Below are positions 6,953 through 14,997 of a stretch of 14,997 nt of DNA, piece by piece (the stretch's first letter is position 1; the number at the start of each line of letters is the position of its first letter). The notes below the pieces were generated by a model. That model saw only the letters and a list, made by a program, of their open reading frames with translations, was not told the DNA's origin and ran no database searches. The stretch is from an uncultured Pseudomonadota bacterium (GTDB lineage: Bacteria; SAR324; NAC60-12), in the NCBI GenBank assembly GCA_913020725.1, contig CAJWCD010000092.1, positions 1 to 14,997 of the forward strand. Reading direction: 5' to 3'. Made by a program: the position numbers and the translations under genes.

Positions 6953-6997
6953 GTTGGTTTTGGAAAAAAGGTTGAATCCTCGGTTGAACCTCCGGGA

Positions 6998-7026
6998 AGT
7001 ATAGGCACTCTCTGCCGAGCAATCAA
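6998..7026 (-). promoter_or_regulatory. Putative sigma-70 promoter for sucD
   Basis: Minus strand TTGATT (7026-7021), 17-nt spacer, TATACT (7003-6998), ending about 45 nt upstream of the sucD ATG. Confidence 0.6.
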
Positions 7027-8228
7027 GCGGACTCCTGTAGGGACGCCCCGCTTCTCATGCGCAAGAGCAGCCACAGGGCCCCCATACACAGTCCCATGCA
7101 GACCAAGATCATCCAGCGCCCGCTCTCCCATGAGCCGGTGCCTGCGACCAACCAAGCGAGGGCGGGTGGTCCCAGCACCTGCCCAATATTGGAGCCTTGC
7201 ACCAGTAGCCCGTTCCCCGTGCCCAGCAATCCAGGATGGGGGACGGATTCCGAGATTTGGGCAAAAAGGGTGGCCGGAATCAATCCGCCCAAGGTGGAAA
7301 GCAACAGGGCCGCAAGATACCGCACCATCCCAGGCAGGGCAGAACTGTACATTCCAAGGCCGAAAATCGTGATTCCCAAGGCGGCCACCGTCATCAACAG
7401 CACCGCAGAATATCCGCGCTGGAGCAATTGTCCTGCCGCAAGGTTCCCTAGGATATTGACTGCAATCGCAAGGGCGCTGAGCATGACTGCCGTGGTTGCG
7501 TCATAGCCCATTTCCTCCGAAATCAGCATGGGTAAAAACCCAAAGACTGCCAAAAAGACCCCTGCGTACATGCAGAAAATCACGGCCAACACCAGCGGTT
7601 CTCCAAGCTTGAAGAGAATCTGAATACGTTGGTGCAGCGGCTCCAAATCCAGTTGTTTTGAAACTTCCTTCGTTGGCAGCAACCACGTACCCGTCAACAA
7701 CACCAGCAACAAAACCCCATCCCCCAACCACAGGGCACGCCAGCCGTAAGCCTTCAAAATTCCAGGACATGCAACCATGATTAGCGACATTCCTAACGGC
7801 ATGTAAGCCCCCCAAAGTCCCATCACCCTGCGGCGATCATGAACGGAGGAATGGGCCAACATGAGGGGAGGGGTGGTGGTCACCACCAAGAGAAAACCGA
7901 CTCCTTCGAAAAACCGAGCCGTCAGTAGCAACGCGGGTTCCGAGAGTCCGGCGGTCGCAAGGCTTCCTGCGCTGAGGCAGAACAGTCCCATCCGCAGTGC
8001 TCGCAGATGCCCAAAGTGATCAGACCAACTTCCGACCACCATGCCGCAGATCATGGCCGTAAGGTTGAGCAGGGAGATCAGCCATCCAGCAACCACAAGA
8101 GACAAGCCGAGATCCTCCATCATTACGGGCAGGGCGGCAGGCACCTTGCCAAGTTGCATTGAGGTTCCCACTCCACAGCCGTAGAGGACTAACACGGCCC
8201 TCCAGTTCGTGCTTGACTGACCCACCAA
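7023..8228 (-). CDS. MFS transporter (CynX/NimT-like, about 12 TM)
   Basis: 401 aa and highly hydrophobic. Motif A-like [23 protein letters not shown] and [12 protein letters not shown]. The start (TTG 8228 or GTG 8225) is uncertain. Confidence 0.88.
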   Translation of the reverse strand: MVGQSSTNWRAVLVLYGCGVGTSMQLGKVPAALPVMMEDLGLSLVVAGWLISLLNLTAMICGMVVGSWSDHFGHLRALRMGLFCLSAGSLATAGLSEPALLLTARFFEGVGFLLVVTTTPPLMLAHSSVHDRRRVMGLWGAYMPLGMSLIMVACPGILKAYGWRALWLGDGVLLLVLLTGTWLLPTKEVSKQLDLEPLHQRIQILFKLGEPLVLAVIFCMYAGVFLAVFGFLPMLISEEMGYDATTAVMLSALAIAVNILGNLAAGQLLQRGYSAVLLMTVAALGITIFGLGMYSSALPGMVRYLAALLLSTLGGLIPATLFAQISESVPHPGLLGTGNGLLVQGSNIGQVLGPPALAWLVAGTGSWESGRWMILVCMGLCMGALWLLLRMRSGASLQESA

Positions 8229-8288
8229 GCAGCCTATGATGTACGATGTTTGAATTTCAACTGTGAACCTTTTTCAAGGAGAGCAACA

Positions 8289-8588
8289 ATGGCAGCTTAT
8301 GTGGTGGTGGATGTGGAAATCACCGACATGGAGGAGTACAAGTCGAGTGGATACATTGACAATGTCCCCAAAATCGCAGCGAAGTATGGGGGCCGTTATC
8401 TCGCTCGTGGTGGAGAAACCAAGGTTCACGAGGGCACTTGGCAACCCCGGCGGCTGGTGATCATCGAGTTTCCGTCTATGGAGAAGCTAGAAGCCTTTTA
8501 CAACTCGGAGGAGTACGCGCCCTATCTGGCGATTCGCAAGCGTCTGGGCGATTCCAACCTCGTGGCCACAGAGGGGCTACCCACCTGA
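8289..8588 (+). CDS. DUF1330 domain-containing protein
   Basis: An AAGGAG ribosome-binding site precedes ATG 8289. MAAYVVVDVEITD, YGGRYLARGG, EG.W...RLVIIEFPS.E....FYNSEEY. Confidence 0.92.
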   Translation: MAAYVVVDVEITDMEEYKSSGYIDNVPKIAAKYGGRYLARGGETKVHEGTWQPRRLVIIEFPSMEKLEAFYNSEEYAPYLAIRKRLGDSNLVATEGLPT

Positions 8589-8591
8589 ACC

Positions 8592-8864
8592 TCAGCGCAG
8601 AATCCGGAAGTCCCGGAACACCTCGCGGGTGTCCAGCGTGGATACCTGCACTTCCTGCACGATTGCTCCCGTCGGTCCCGTTCGGCACCATTCCTCCAGT
8701 ACCACAACCACAGCCTCCGAACCTTGGGCGACCATGTGCACCGAGCCATCAGGTTCGTTCATCACCCAACCGGTCACGCCCAGCCGCTGGGCTTCGTGCA
8801 GCGCGGTGTAGCGGAAGCCCACGCCCTGCACCCGTCCGGAAATCAGCAAGCTCTTGGTCGGCAC
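8592..8864 (-). CDS. acyP: Acylphosphatase
   Basis: GTG start at 8864 after GGAGG, giving 90 aa. Signatures GRVQGVGFR and GWVMNEPDGSV (catalytic Arg and Asn present), plus WCRTGP. Confidence 0.93.
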   Translation of the reverse strand: MPTKSLLISGRVQGVGFRYTALHEAQRLGVTGWVMNEPDGSVHMVAQGSEAVVVVLEEWCRTGPTGAIVQEVQVSTLDTREVFRDFRILR

Positions 8865-8898
8865 TGGAACCTCCCGCCCCTTGGGGAAGGCGATCGAA

Positions 8899-10074
8899 TC
8901 AGGAAACTGCGGCCACGGCTTTTTCCGCCGCATCCTTGAGGCCGTCGGCCATTTGCAACTTCTCGCCAAGCCCGGAATCGTTCACCAGTTGATGGGCTTC
9001 TTTGGCGTTGGTACCCTCCAGCCGCACGACGACCGGGATTTTCAGATCGACGTTGCGGATCGCGGCAATCACGCCGGACGCCACCATGTCGCAACGCACA
9101 ATGCCCCCAAAGATGTTGATGAGGATGCACTTGACGTTGGCGTCACGGGTGATGAGCTGGAACGCCTGCTCCACGGTTTCCCGCGTGGCGGTACCGCCCA
9201 CATCGAGAAAATTCGCCGGGTCGCCGCCATAGGCTTTGATGATGTCCATCGTGCCCATCGCCAACCCCGCGCCGTTGACCATGCAGCCGATGGTGCCATC
9301 CAGTTTGATGTAGTTGAGGTTCGATTTCGCGGCCTCGATTTCTAGCGCATCCTCTTCGTCCTCGTCTCGCAGTTCAAGAATGGCCTTGTGCCGGAAAAGG
9401 GCGTTGTCGTCAAAGCTCACCTTTGAGTCGAGCGCGATGACACGACTGTCGCCCGTGAGGACAAACGGGTTGATCTCCACAAGCGAGCAATCCTCGGCGA
9501 CAAAGGCATCGTAGAGCGACTGGAACAACGCAGCCGCCGGTCGCACCAGTTTGGGGTTGATCTCGTCAATTTTGAGTCCATACGCCAGCGCCATGGTTTG
9601 GAACGGGCGCAGACCGATGGCGGGGTCCACAAACACCTTGAGGATCTTTTCCGGAGTCTTGGCGGCGACTTGCTCGATGTCCATGCCACCCTCGGTCGAG
9701 GCCAGGATAACCACGCGCTGCTGCCCGCGATCTACCAGCACAGAACAGTAGAATTCCTTGATAATGTCCATGCCCTCTTCGATCAGCACTTGCTTGACGG
9801 GTTGACCTTGTGGTCCAGTCTGGTGCGTGACGAGGTTCATGCCGATGATCTGCTCGGCACTTTCGCGCACAGCACCCAGTCCTTTCGAGACCTTGACCCC
9901 GCCGCCCTTGCCGCGTCCTCCGGCATGAATTTGTGCTTTGACAACGCAAACCTCTGTGCCCAACTCCTGAGCGATGACAACCGCCTCGTCCGGGGTCTTC
10001 GCCACCCGTCCGCGAGGGATGACCACTCCGTATTTCGCCAGCACTTGCTTGGCCTGGAATTCGTGAATTTTCAT
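8899..10074 (-). CDS. sucC: Succinyl-CoA synthetase subunit beta
   Basis: [62 protein letters not shown] and VVRLEGTN. Confidence 0.98.
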   Translation of the reverse strand: MKIHEFQAKQVLAKYGVVIPRGRVAKTPDEAVVIAQELGTEVCVVKAQIHAGGRGKGGGVKVSKGLGAVRESAEQIIGMNLVTHQTGPQGQPVKQVLIEEGMDIIKEFYCSVLVDRGQQRVVILASTEGGMDIEQVAAKTPEKILKVFVDPAIGLRPFQTMALAYGLKIDEINPKLVRPAAALFQSLYDAFVAEDCSLVEINPFVLTGDSRVIALDSKVSFDDNALFRHKAILELRDEDEEDALEIEAAKSNLNYIKLDGTIGCMVNGAGLAMGTMDIIKAYGGDPANFLDVGGTATRETVEQAFQLITRDANVKCILINIFGGIVRCDMVASGVIAAIRNVDLKIPVVVRLEGTNAKEAHQLVNDSGLGEKLQMADGLKDAAEKAVAAVS

Positions 10075-10232
10075 GTGCCCCTTCGTGAAGCGTTGCTAAA
10101 AATCATCAAACAGCAGCATCCCCTCCGTTTCTTCGGGATTGGGAACAATCCGCTGGTTCTTGCAGTCAACGACGTAATCCATTTGCTCAAAGACTACTTG
10201 ACGATGACTTTTCCCATTAGCAATTGTTCTTG

Positions 10233-11216
10233 TCAGCCCAGCATGTCCTTCACGGCCTCGCGCTCCAGTTCCAGCTCTTGCCGGGTGGCTGCGATTTTCT
10301 CCTGCGCGAAGTCATTGAGTTCGACCCCTTGGACAAGCGACCACTGGTTGCCACCGGAACTGCGCAGCGGGTAGCTGAAAATCAATCCTTCCGGAATACC
10401 GTAGCTGCCATCGCTGGGAACTCCAGTGCTGAACCAGTCACCCTCGGCGGTGGCGTTCTCCATGCGCTGCACGGTGTCGAGTGCCGCATTTGCTGCCGAT
10501 GCAGCGGAGGAGGCTCCCCGTGCCTTGATGATCGCCGCACCGCGCTGCTGAACGGTGCTGATGAACTCGCCCTTGAGCCAGTCCTGATCGGAAATCACCT
10601 CCGGCGCTGCCGCACCGTTGATTTTGGCGTTGTAGAAATCCGGATACTGCGTTGCGCTGTGGTTGCCCCAGATCGTCATGTTGGTGACATTCTTCACGGC
10701 GGTGCCAGCTTTTTGGGCGAGTTGACTCTTGGCACGGTTCTCGTCGAGCGCGGTCATGGCAAACCAACGATCCCGTGGGATGCGTGGGGCGTTGCTCATG
10801 GCGATAAGGCAGTTGGAGTTGCAGGGATTCCCCACTGCGAGGATGCGCACCTTGTCTCCGGCATTGTCGTTGATCGCCTGCCCCTGCCCCACGAAGATGC
10901 CACCGTTGACGCGCAGCAAGTCGTTGCGCTCCATTCCCGCTTTGCGTGGGGCCGCGCCCACGAGCAGAATCCAGTCGGTGTCCTTGAAGGCGACATTGGC
11001 GTCTGAGGTCGTCACCACCTGATTGAGCAACGGGAAGGCGCAATCGTCGAGTTCCATCTTCACCCCTTCCAAGGCGGGCAGGGCGACTTCCAGTTCCAAC
11101 AATTGAAGATCAACCGTGGTGTCGGCACCAAACACCGCTCCGGAAGCGAGGCGATAGAGCATGGCATAACCGATTTGTCCGGCTGCTCCAGTGACAGCAA
11201 CTTTGACGTTTTTCAT
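10233..11216 (-). CDS. mdh: Malate dehydrogenase (cytosolic-type/type 2)
   Basis: [55 protein letters not shown] and [20 protein letters not shown]. Confidence 0.98.
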   Translation of the reverse strand: MKNVKVAVTGAAGQIGYAMLYRLASGAVFGADTTVDLQLLELEVALPALEGVKMELDDCAFPLLNQVVTTSDANVAFKDTDWILLVGAAPRKAGMERNDLLRVNGGIFVGQGQAINDNAGDKVRILAVGNPCNSNCLIAMSNAPRIPRDRWFAMTALDENRAKSQLAQKAGTAVKNVTNMTIWGNHSATQYPDFYNAKINGAAAPEVISDQDWLKGEFISTVQQRGAAIIKARGASSAASAANAALDTVQRMENATAEGDWFSTGVPSDGSYGIPEGLIFSYPLRSSGGNQWSLVQGVELNDFAQEKIAATRQELELEREAVKDMLG

Positions 11217-11242
11217 GGTTCACTCCACAAAAAGATTGGGGT

Positions 11243-12469
11243 TCAGCCCAGTGCGGCGGTGAGGCCGCGAGCAAGGGCGTTGAGGAAGTCATCGGTTGTG
11301 AGGAAGGTCGATGGGTCCGGATTGTTGCCGTGAATTGTCACTGCCAAGTCCTTCGTCATCTCTCCGCCCTCGATGGTGTCCACACAGACACGCTCCAGCG
11401 TTTCTGCAAAACGGACCACGTCCGGGGTGTTGTCGAGCTTGCCGCGATGTTTGAGTGCGGTGGTCCATGCGAAAATGCTGGCAACCGGATTGGTGCTGGT
11501 CGGCTTGCCCTGCTGGTGCTGGCGGTAGTGGCGGGTCACGGTGCCATGTGCGGCTTCGGCTTCGATGGTCTTGCCGTCCGGGCAGACGAGAACCGAAGCC
11601 ATCAGGCCGAGTGAGCCGAAGCCTTGCGCCACCGTGTCGGATTGCACATCACCATCATAGTTCTTGCAGGCCCAGACAATACCGCCCTCCCACTTGAGCA
11701 CCTGCGCGACCATGTCGTCAATCAGCCGATGTTCGTAGGAAATCCCCTTTTCCTTGAAACGTGTGGTGAATTCCTGCTCAAACACTTCCTGAAAGAGATC
11801 CTTGAAACGGCCATCGTAGGTTTTGAGGATGGTGTTCTTGGTGCTGAGGTAGAGCGGGTATTTGAGATCGAGCGCATAGCTCATGCACGAGCGGGCGAAA
11901 TCACGGATCGAGGCGTCGGTGTTGTACATGCCCATCGCGATCCCGGAACTGTCGAACTCGTTGATCACCCATTCTTGCGGGGTTCCACCGTCACTGGGTT
12001 CAAACACCATCTTGAGTGTGCCGGGGCCGGGGATCCGGACATCGGTGGCTTTGTACTGATCTGCGTGTGCGTGACGCCCAACGATGATGGGCTTCTTCCA
12101 CTGCGGCACTAGTTTCGGAACATTTTTGCAGATGATCGGCGCCCGGAAGACGGTGCCACCAAGGTAGTTGCGAATGGTTCCGTTCGGACTGCGGTACATG
12201 CGCTTGAGTCCGAATTCCTCAACCCGCGCTTCGTCCGGAGTGATGGTCGCACATTTCACTCCCACGCTGTGTTCCTTGATCGCCTTGGCTGCATCCAGCG
12301 TGATTTGATCGTCCGTGGCGTCCCGGCTCTCGATGGAAAGGTCGTAGTAGCGCAGGTCAAGCTCCAAGAATGGCAATAGCAGTTGCTGCTTGATCTTCTC
12401 CCAAATGATGCGTGTCATCTCGTCCCCGTCAATTTCCACGATGGGGTTACTCACCTTGGTCTTTGGCAT
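11243..12469 (-). CDS. icd: NADP-dependent isocitrate dehydrogenase (eukaryote-like homodimeric type)
   Basis: [59 protein letters not shown] and TSTNP. Confidence 0.98.
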   Translation of the reverse strand: MPKTKVSNPIVEIDGDEMTRIIWEKIKQQLLLPFLELDLRYYDLSIESRDATDDQITLDAAKAIKEHSVGVKCATITPDEARVEEFGLKRMYRSPNGTIRNYLGGTVFRAPIICKNVPKLVPQWKKPIIVGRHAHADQYKATDVRIPGPGTLKMVFEPSDGGTPQEWVINEFDSSGIAMGMYNTDASIRDFARSCMSYALDLKYPLYLSTKNTILKTYDGRFKDLFQEVFEQEFTTRFKEKGISYEHRLIDDMVAQVLKWEGGIVWACKNYDGDVQSDTVAQGFGSLGLMASVLVCPDGKTIEAEAAHGTVTRHYRQHQQGKPTSTNPVASIFAWTTALKHRGKLDNTPDVVRFAETLERVCVDTIEGGEMTKDLAVTIHGNNPDPSTFLTTDDFLNALARGLTAALG

Positions 12470-12602
12470 TCAATCCTCACTCTGGTCAATGATTAAAATA
12501 ATCAGACTACCGCAACCCCGCAAAATCGCAATCGGAACCCGCACACTTGCTAAAGGCCATTGCTCTCAAGCTTACGTTTCTTTATTTCGGAACGAGTGTT
12601 TG

Positions 12603-12619
12603 TGATTAATAATTAAGCA
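12603..12619. promoter_or_regulatory. 17-bp near-palindrome, candidate enhancer-binding-protein (NtrC-like) site
   Basis: TGATTAAT-A-ATTAAGCA, with 7 of 8 arm pairs matching. It lies about 110 nt upstream of the -24 element. Confidence 0.5.
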
Positions 12620-12726
12620 TTTCTGTTGAGGGTCCGCCACTCTCTTGGTCAAACATTAACTTGAGATTCGACTAAGATTTCATGTTTTATTATTTAATTT
12701 CAATAGCTTAATTGCTGATTAAGAAA

Positions 12727-12743
12727 AAGGCACACTCCCTGCT
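12727..12743 (+). promoter_or_regulatory. Sigma-54 (-24/-12) promoter of amtB
   Basis: AAGGCACACTCCCTGCT: GG at 12729-12730, exactly 10 nt, then GC at 12741-12742, with a GGCAC core. It sits about 60 nt before the amtB ATG and is preceded by an AT-rich tract. Confidence 0.72.
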
Positions 12744-12801
12744 GAAAGACTGGTTGCAGATGTGCGAAACCTGAACCTCCAACCCTCACCGCAGCAACAA
12801 C

Positions 12802-14049
12802 ATGGAATTCTCCGCAGAAATGAAATACGTCCTCGACACCATTTGGTTGCTCATCAGCGGCAGCTTGGTGATGTGGATGGCCGCAGGCTTTGCGATGCTG
12901 GAAGCCGGCATGGTCCGGACCAAGAGCGTGACCGCGATTCTGACCAAGAACATCTCGCTCTACGCCTTGGCCTGCATCGCCTACTTCGCCGTGGGGTACA
13001 ACTTCATGTACGGCGCAGGCAACGACTTCCTGGGCAGTGGCCTGTTTCTGGACGGCACGTCCGCTGACGGGCACAGCCTGATGTCGGATTTCTTTTTTCA
13101 AGTCGTCTTTGTAGCCACGGCGGCCTCGATCGTTTCCGGAACCGTTGCGGAGCGCATCAAGTTCTGGCCGTTCATGATCTTCACGCTGGTGCTGACGGCG
13201 GTCATCTACCCGATTCAGGGGCATTGGACCTGGGGCGGCACGGCGCTGGGCGGCTGGATTGACGGTTTCTCTGATTTCGCAGGATCGACGATTGTCCACT
13301 CCGTGGGCGGCTGGGCGGCGCTTGCGGGAGCCTTGCTGCTGGGGCCACGACTGGGCAAGTACACTGCCGAAGGCCGGGCGTTGCCGATGCCTGCTTCCAA
13401 CTTGCCGCTGGCCACGCTTGGCACCTTCATCCTCTGGTTCGGCTGGTTTGGCTTCAACGGCGGCTCACAGCTTGCGCTGGGTTCCAAGGACGACGTCGAT
13501 GCGATTTCCTCCGTGATCGCCAACACCAACATCGCAGCATGTGGAGGGGCCGTTGCGGCACTCATCCTCACCCAACTGCTCTACGGAAAGGTCGATTTGA
13601 CGATAGTGCTGAACGGTGCCCTTTCCGGACTCGTTGGCATCACCGCAGGCCCGGACTATCCGAGCCTGGCGGTGGCTCTCTTCATTGGAGTGGTGGCAGG
13701 GTTCCTCGTTGTCGGGGCCGTGCCGCTCTTCGACCGGCTCCTCAAGATTGACGATCCGGTTGGAGCGCTTTCGGTGCATTTGGTCAACGGCATCTGGGGA
13801 ACCCTCGCCGTCGGTCTCTTCAACCCGGACGTGAGCTTGCTCGCCCAACTCAAGGGCGTGGTCGTGATCGGGCTGTTTGTGTTTGCGGCCAGCCTTGTGG
13901 TCTGGGGTGTGCTCAAGGCGACGGTGGGCATCCGCATCTCTGAGGAGGAAGAACGCTCCGGGGTCGATGAGTGCGAGTTCGGCATGCACTCCTACCCGGA
14001 GTTCGTGAAAATGCCGCCGGGCTACGAAAGCTCTGCAAGTCGCATCTGA
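12802..14049 (+). CDS. amtB: Ammonium transporter (Amt family)
   Basis: 415 aa. Motifs: MAAGFAMLEAG, FFQVVF, SGTVAER, HWTWGG, DFAGSTIVH, WFGWFGFNGGS, NGALSGLV and DDPVGALSVH. Both pore histidines are present. Confidence 0.97.
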   Translation: MEFSAEMKYVLDTIWLLISGSLVMWMAAGFAMLEAGMVRTKSVTAILTKNISLYALACIAYFAVGYNFMYGAGNDFLGSGLFLDGTSADGHSLMSDFFFQVVFVATAASIVSGTVAERIKFWPFMIFTLVLTAVIYPIQGHWTWGGTALGGWIDGFSDFAGSTIVHSVGGWAALAGALLLGPRLGKYTAEGRALPMPASNLPLATLGTFILWFGWFGFNGGSQLALGSKDDVDAISSVIANTNIAACGGAVAALILTQLLYGKVDLTIVLNGALSGLVGITAGPDYPSLAVALFIGVVAGFLVVGAVPLFDRLLKIDDPVGALSVHLVNGIWGTLAVGLFNPDVSLLAQLKGVVVIGLFVFAASLVVWGVLKATVGIRISEEEERSGVDECEFGMHSYPEFVKMPPGYESSASRI

Positions 14050-14098
14050 CCGACCCAGATTCCGGACGCTTTCCTGCGGCTCCCGACGTCAATGGCGG

Positions 14099-14997
14099 TC
14101 ACGCTGTTTGGCGTGACCGCTGCCTCCAGACAATTCCTCCTAACAGCAGCAGGGCGGGCACAAACATCCACTGCTTGGCCGGTCGAGCGGTGGGAACTTG
14201 CAGACTGAGGATTTCCCAATCAAAATCGATTCCTGCCTTTTGTGCAAAACTGTCAAAGACGACCATCTCAACAAAAACACGTTGCTTTTCGGTGCGTAAT
14301 TCCAGCCCCGCCTGTTCCAATCGTGCTTTGCCGGAAGCAGTTTTTCCCATTGGCAGAACAACCATTTTGCTGACAAGATCGCCGTCGAGACTCTCACCTT
14401 CAACAAACAAACGCAAATCAGAGTTGGGAGGAAGTTGCTCAACCATTTCAATTATTTGTGTAGGAGGCACTACCTGATTCGAAGGAAATGCCATCTCCCA
14501 CCAAAATCCCGGACGAAACAATGTAAAAGAAATCAATAACAACAAAACCGTTTCCCACCAGCGATTGTGGACAAAGAAAAAACCCTGTGTTGCGGCGGCA
14601 AACAACAGCATGGCGATAATTGCAATGATAATCGTGAGCAAGAGGTGCCACCAGTTGACAATGCCAATCATCAAAAGTTCGGTGTTAAAAATGAAGAGAA
14701 AGGGGAGAATTGCCGTGCGAATGTCATAGGTAAAACCTTGAATTCCGGTTTTAATCGGATCGCTTTTCGCAATCGCTGCCGCCGCAAATGCTGCCAAGCC
14801 GACGGGTGGTGTGTCGTCCGCTAAAATACCAAAATAAAAGACAAACATGTGAACCGCAATCAACGGCACGATCAAACCGTTTTGTGCGCCCAAAGTAACA
14901 ATCACCGGAGCCATTAGCGTAGAAACCACGATGTAATTTGCAGTGGTTGGCAAGCCCATGCCGAGAATTAAACTGATGATAGCTGTAAAAATCAAAA
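14099..14997 (-). CDS. TRAP transporter fused 4TM/12TM permease (TAXI type) with C-terminal DUF3394-like region; 5' part outside the window
   Basis: LILGMGLPTTANY, HMFVFYFGILADDTPPVGLAAFAAAAIA, YDIRTAILPF, FRPGFW, AQKAGIDFDWEI and RPAKQWMFVPAL. Confidence 0.93.
   Translation of the reverse strand, partial: LIFTAIISLILGMGLPTTANYIVVSTLMAPVIVTLGAQNGLIVPLIAVHMFVFYFGILADDTPPVGLAAFAAAAIAKSDPIKTGIQGFTYDIRTAILPFLFIFNTELLMIGIVNWWHLLLTIIIAIIAMLLFAAATQGFFFVHNRWWETVLLLLISFTLFRPGFWWEMAFPSNQVVPPTQIIEMVEQLPPNSDLRLFVEGESLDGDLVSKMVVLPMGKTASGKARLEQAGLELRTEKQRVFVEMVVFDSFAQKAGIDFDWEILSLQVPTARPAKQWMFVPALLLLGGIVWRQRSRQTA

Noticed and set aside
1..14997. CRISPR array, tRNA/rRNA, riboswitch, or anti-phage defence system
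   Set aside because: I saw no regularly spaced repeats, cloverleafs or recognisable defence domains. A covariance-model search was not possible, so small RNAs cannot be fully excluded.

Overview
This is a bacterial window of roughly 55-60% GC, possibly from a marine deltaproteobacterium-like organism such as SAR324 (inference from gene style only). It has two parts. The first part (1-4070) is a mosaic accessory patch. It starts with a decayed IS3-family right end and ends at an IS5-like terminal repeat that cuts off a sensor-kinase-like gene. It carries an isochorismatase-fold protein with a replaced catalytic triad, a beta-hydroxyacid dehydrogenase, a PRISE/5-beta-reductase-like SDR and two gene remnants. 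The second part (4285-14997) is core-like. On the minus strand it runs icd-mdh-sucC-acyP-[DUF1330 on the plus strand]-MFS-sucD-Rid-GST kappa/HCCA isomerase-endonuclease I homologue. A divergent amtB follows, with a sigma-54-type promoter, and then the 3' part of a lower-GC TRAP fused permease. I found no CRISPR array, RNA gene or defence system. The best leads are an intact but apparently catalytically dead endonuclease I homologue upstream of the broken kinase, the His-His-Thr isochorismatase variant, the split sucC/sucD arrangement, and the shared icd/amtB regulatory region. All family assignments come from motif recognition by eye, not from database searches.
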